Positions 60,801-64,000 of a DNA stretch of 64,000 nucleotides are shown piece by piece. This DNA is from Malacoraja senta. Its lineage: Eukaryota. The stretch is taken from NCBI GenBank assembly GCA_038087875.1, contig CM075993.1:8744001-8808000 (forward strand), read 5' to 3'. The notes beneath the pieces are model-generated. The model was not told where the DNA came from. It worked only from the letters and a program-made list of their open reading frames with translations, and made no database searches. Each line of letters begins with the position of its first letter. Positions within the stretch are counted from its first letter, which is position 1. Both the position numbers and the translations under genes were made by a program.

Positions 60801-62954
60801 CAGGCCAGGAACTTGAGTCCTAGTTATGGATTTCTGGGCATACCCACCTGACCTACGGTTGTGTGTCATGACTCACTTATTCACTTACATCAACACAACA
60901 AGAGATTCTCGAGGGAGAAAATAAATAAATAAATAAATAAATAAAAGCCTTATGGGTCAGCCACAAGAAACCTCATGGTTGGGTGTCGAGCCAAACCATC
61001 TCGAGATGGCTCAAGCAGGTACTGGGAGCTGCTGGAGTAGATACTGATGTATATACATCTCACTCCACCAGGGCAGCATCCACATCGGCGGCTAAAAGAA
61101 TGAACATGGAGAAAACGTTCCAAACGTTCTACCACAAGCCGCTAGCAGAATCTGTGTTATTTGCAGAAAGAGTTTTAAAATCTGCAAAAATATATAATTT
61201 AAGCCCGGGGGAGCATTTTATCTTTTGTTATTGTTTAATAGATACCATTATTGTTTACAAACAGATTATGGTTGATTACGATAACATACTTCCTCCCTTG
61301 AATGACTTCGGCAGCGAGTGAAGTATGAACTGTTACACGGTTTGAAATCACAGAGCTTTAAAATCTTCACGTAGTCACTCACGTGACTCCGAAGTAAAAT
61401 AGTAAGATTAAACGAGAACTTACCAGTTTGAAGTTTGATCTGTATTTTATGAGGAGTTACGATGAGGGATTACGTGCCCTCCGCTCCCACCCTCAATTAT
61501 AGATCAACTGGTATCTTAGTTCTCCTTTTCTTTACTATGTTTATTTCAATTATTGTGTTTCCTGTGATTCCACACCGCTGCTTCGAAGAATGTCGAGCAT
61601 GCGTGCTGGACGGGCTCTTCACGTAATCCCTCATTGTAACTCCTCATAAAATACAGATCAAACTTCAAACTGGTAAGTTCTCGTTTAATCTTACTATTAA
61701 TGTTCAGAGTTTTGTCCGAGCCAAGTTTAATAGCCTGATGGCTGTGGGGAAGTAGCTATTCCTGAACCTGGTCGTTGCAGTCTTCAGGCTCCTGTACCTT
61801 CTACCTGAAGGTAGCAGGGAGATGAGTGTGTGACCAGGATGGTGTGGGTCCTTGATGATACTGCCAGCCTTTTTGAGGCCGCGACTGCGATAGATCCCCT
61901 CGATGGAAGGGAGGTCAGAGCCGATGATGGACTGGGCAGTGTTTACTACTTTTTGTAGTCTTTTCCTCTCCAGGTTGCTGAACCAAGCCATGATGCAACC
62001 GGTCAGCATGCTCTCTACTGTGCACCTGTAGAAGTTAGAGAGTCCTCCTTGACAAACCGACTCTCCGTAATCTTCTCAGGAAGTAGAGGCGCTGATGTGC
62101 TTTCTTAATAATTGCATCAGTATTCTCGGACCAGGAAAGATCTTCAGAGATGTGCACGCCCAGGAATTTGAAGCTCTTGACCCTTTCAACCATCGACCCG
62201 TTGATATAAACGGGACTGTGGATCCCCATCCTACTCCTTCCAAAGTCCACAATAAGTTCCTTGGTTTTGCTGGTGTTGAGGGCCAGGTTATTGTGCTGGC
62301 ACCATATGGACAGTCGCTCGATCTCTCTTCTATACTCTGACTCATCCCCATCAGTGATACGTCCCACAACAGTGGTGTCGTCAGCGAACTTGATGATGGA
62401 GTTCGCACTATGACCGGCTATGCAGGCATGAGTATAGAGTGAAAACAGCAGGGGGCTGAGCACGCAGCCTTGAGGTGCTCCCGTGCTGATTGTTATCGAG
62501 TCTGACACATTTCCACCAATACGAACAGACCATGGTCTGTGAATGAGGAAGTCGAGGATCCAATTGCAGAGGGATGCGCAGAGACCCAGTTCTGCGAGTT
62601 TGGTAACCAGCTTGGAGGGGATGATTGTATTAAATGTCGAGCTGTAATCAATGAATAACAGCCTGACATATGAGTTTTTGTTGTCCAAGTGGTCCAGAGC
62701 GGAGTGGAGGGTCAGCGAGATCGCATCCACCGTTGATCTGTTGTGGCGGTTGGCAAACTGCAGTGGGTCCAGGTTTTTGTCGAGGTAGGAGTTGATTTGC
62801 GCCATGACCAACCTCTCAAAGCACCTCATCACCACAGGCGTTAGTGCCACTGGTCGATAGTCATTGAGGCACGTCACCTTACTCTTCTTGGGCACTGGTT
62901 TAATTGATGCCCTTTTGAAGCAGGTGGGAACCTCAGACCTCAGGTTGAAAATGT

Positions 62955-63775
62955 GGGCAAATGCAGTATCATGTGGATAAATGTGAGGTTATCCACTTTG
63001 GTGGCAAAAACAGGAAAGTAGACTATTATCTGAATGGTGGCCGATTAGGATAAGGGGAGATGCAACGAGATCTGGGTGTCATGGTACACCAGTCATTGAA
63101 AGTAGGCATGCAGGTGCAGCAGGCAGTGAAGAAAGCGAATGGTATGTTAGCATTCATAGCAAAAGGATTTGAGTATAAGAGCAGGGAGGTTCTACTGCAG
63201 TTGTACAGGGTCTTGGTGAGGCCACACCTGGAGTATTGCATACAGTTTTGGTCACCAAATCTGAGGAAAGACATTCTTGCCATAGAGGGAGTACAGAGAA
63301 GGTTCACCAGACTGATTCCTGGGATGGCAGGATTTTCATATGAAGAAGACTGGCTTGGACCCGCTAGAATTTAGAAGATTGAGGGGGGATCTTATAGAAA
63401 CTTACAAGATTCTTAAGGGGTTGGACAGGCTAGATGCAGGAAGATTGTTCCCGATGTTGGGGAAGTCCAGAACAAGGGGTCACAGTTTAAGGATAAGGGG
63501 GAAGTCTTTTAGGACCGAGATGAGAAAATCATTTTTCACACAGAGAGTGGTGAATCTGTGGAATTCTCTGCCACAGAAGGTAGTTGAGGCCAGTTCATTG
63601 GCTATATTTAAGAGGGAGTTAGATGTGGCCCTTGTGGCTAAAAGGATCCGGCGGTATGGAGAGAAGGCAGGTACAGGATACTGAGTTGGATGATCAGCCA
63701 TGATCATATTGAATGGCGGTGCAGGCTCGAAGGGCTGAATGGCCTACTCCTGCACCTATTTTCTATGTTTCTATA
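62955..63775 (+). mobile_element. CR1 3' fragment inserted in the Rex1 element
   Basis: [33 protein letters not shown]; 3' UTR ending (TTTCTATG)n. Confidence 0.9.
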
Positions 63776-64000
63776 TCCATAAAAACTCCAGCCAGTTGGT
63801 CTGCACAGGTTTTTAGAACACGACCAGGTATACCATGAGGTTCAGGTGCTTTTCGAGGGTTCACCCCTCTGAAGGATTTTCTTTTTTTCTTTTTTAAATT
63901 TGTATTTATTAGGAGTACATTACATTACAACCAATTACATTAGTACTCGTCACGTATATTTTATTATAATTAATGTACTCCGTCATTTTTTTACACTAAT

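Larger units (their letters stand above)
55702..61698 (+). mobile_element. DIRS1-like retroelement, complete termini: gag-like, RT, RNase H, methyltransferase-like and tyrosine recombinase frames (disrupted)
   Basis: RT KKDGGCRIIIDL, SIDLKDAY, LPNGL, AYLDDIL; RNase H TDAS..GWG; MT-like IDLFASRLN..YAFPPF; YR SAQRVQ and HSTRAASTS; 5' ITR at 55707, ICR 61363-61476, 3' ITR/extension ending 61698. Confidence 0.93.
55517..63880 (-). mobile_element. Rex1/Babar LINE in three pieces (55517-55706, 61694-62954, 63776-63880), split by DIRS and CR1 insertions
   Basis: RT ORF 62035-62895 ([25 protein letters not shown]); pieces are collinear with the reverse complement of 12945-14460. Confidence 0.88.

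Noticed and set aside
47361..64000. Further fibrillin exons (cbEGF1 upstream; cbEGF4 in 1-3092)
   Set aside because: I found no D(I/V)DEC-type exon with splice sites by eye; they probably lie outside the window, though a missed exon cannot be excluded.

Overview
Eukaryotic (vertebrate) genomic DNA. The repeat complement (CR1, HE1/V-SINE-like SINEs, Rex1/Babar, Penelope, DIRS) suggests a cartilaginous fish such as a skate or ray; this is inference. The only host gene is a fibrillin on the minus strand, most like FBN2 (FBN3 not excluded). Five phase-1 coding exons are visible: cbEGF2 (47235-47360), TB1 (6103-6255), TB1 end plus Pro-rich hinge (3651-3836), EGF4 (3409-3552) and cbEGF3 (3093-3212). 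A ~41 kb intron and the incomplete upstream intron are filled with nested transposable elements. These include two DIRS tyrosine-recombinase elements with ITR/ICR termini, a near-full-length L2 with an SGNH-esterase ORF1, Rex1/Babar, CR1 and L1 LINEs, Penelope elements with hammerhead-ribozyme motifs, a Tc1, nested hAT-like elements, four non-autonomous Helitrons, a non-coding LTR element and a 4 kb tandem duplication. Most listed ORFs are TE remnants or spurious. I found no convincing new host system; the most interesting signals are mechanistic TE footprints and the unusual fibrillin hinge. TE boundaries without a stated TSD or terminus are approximate.
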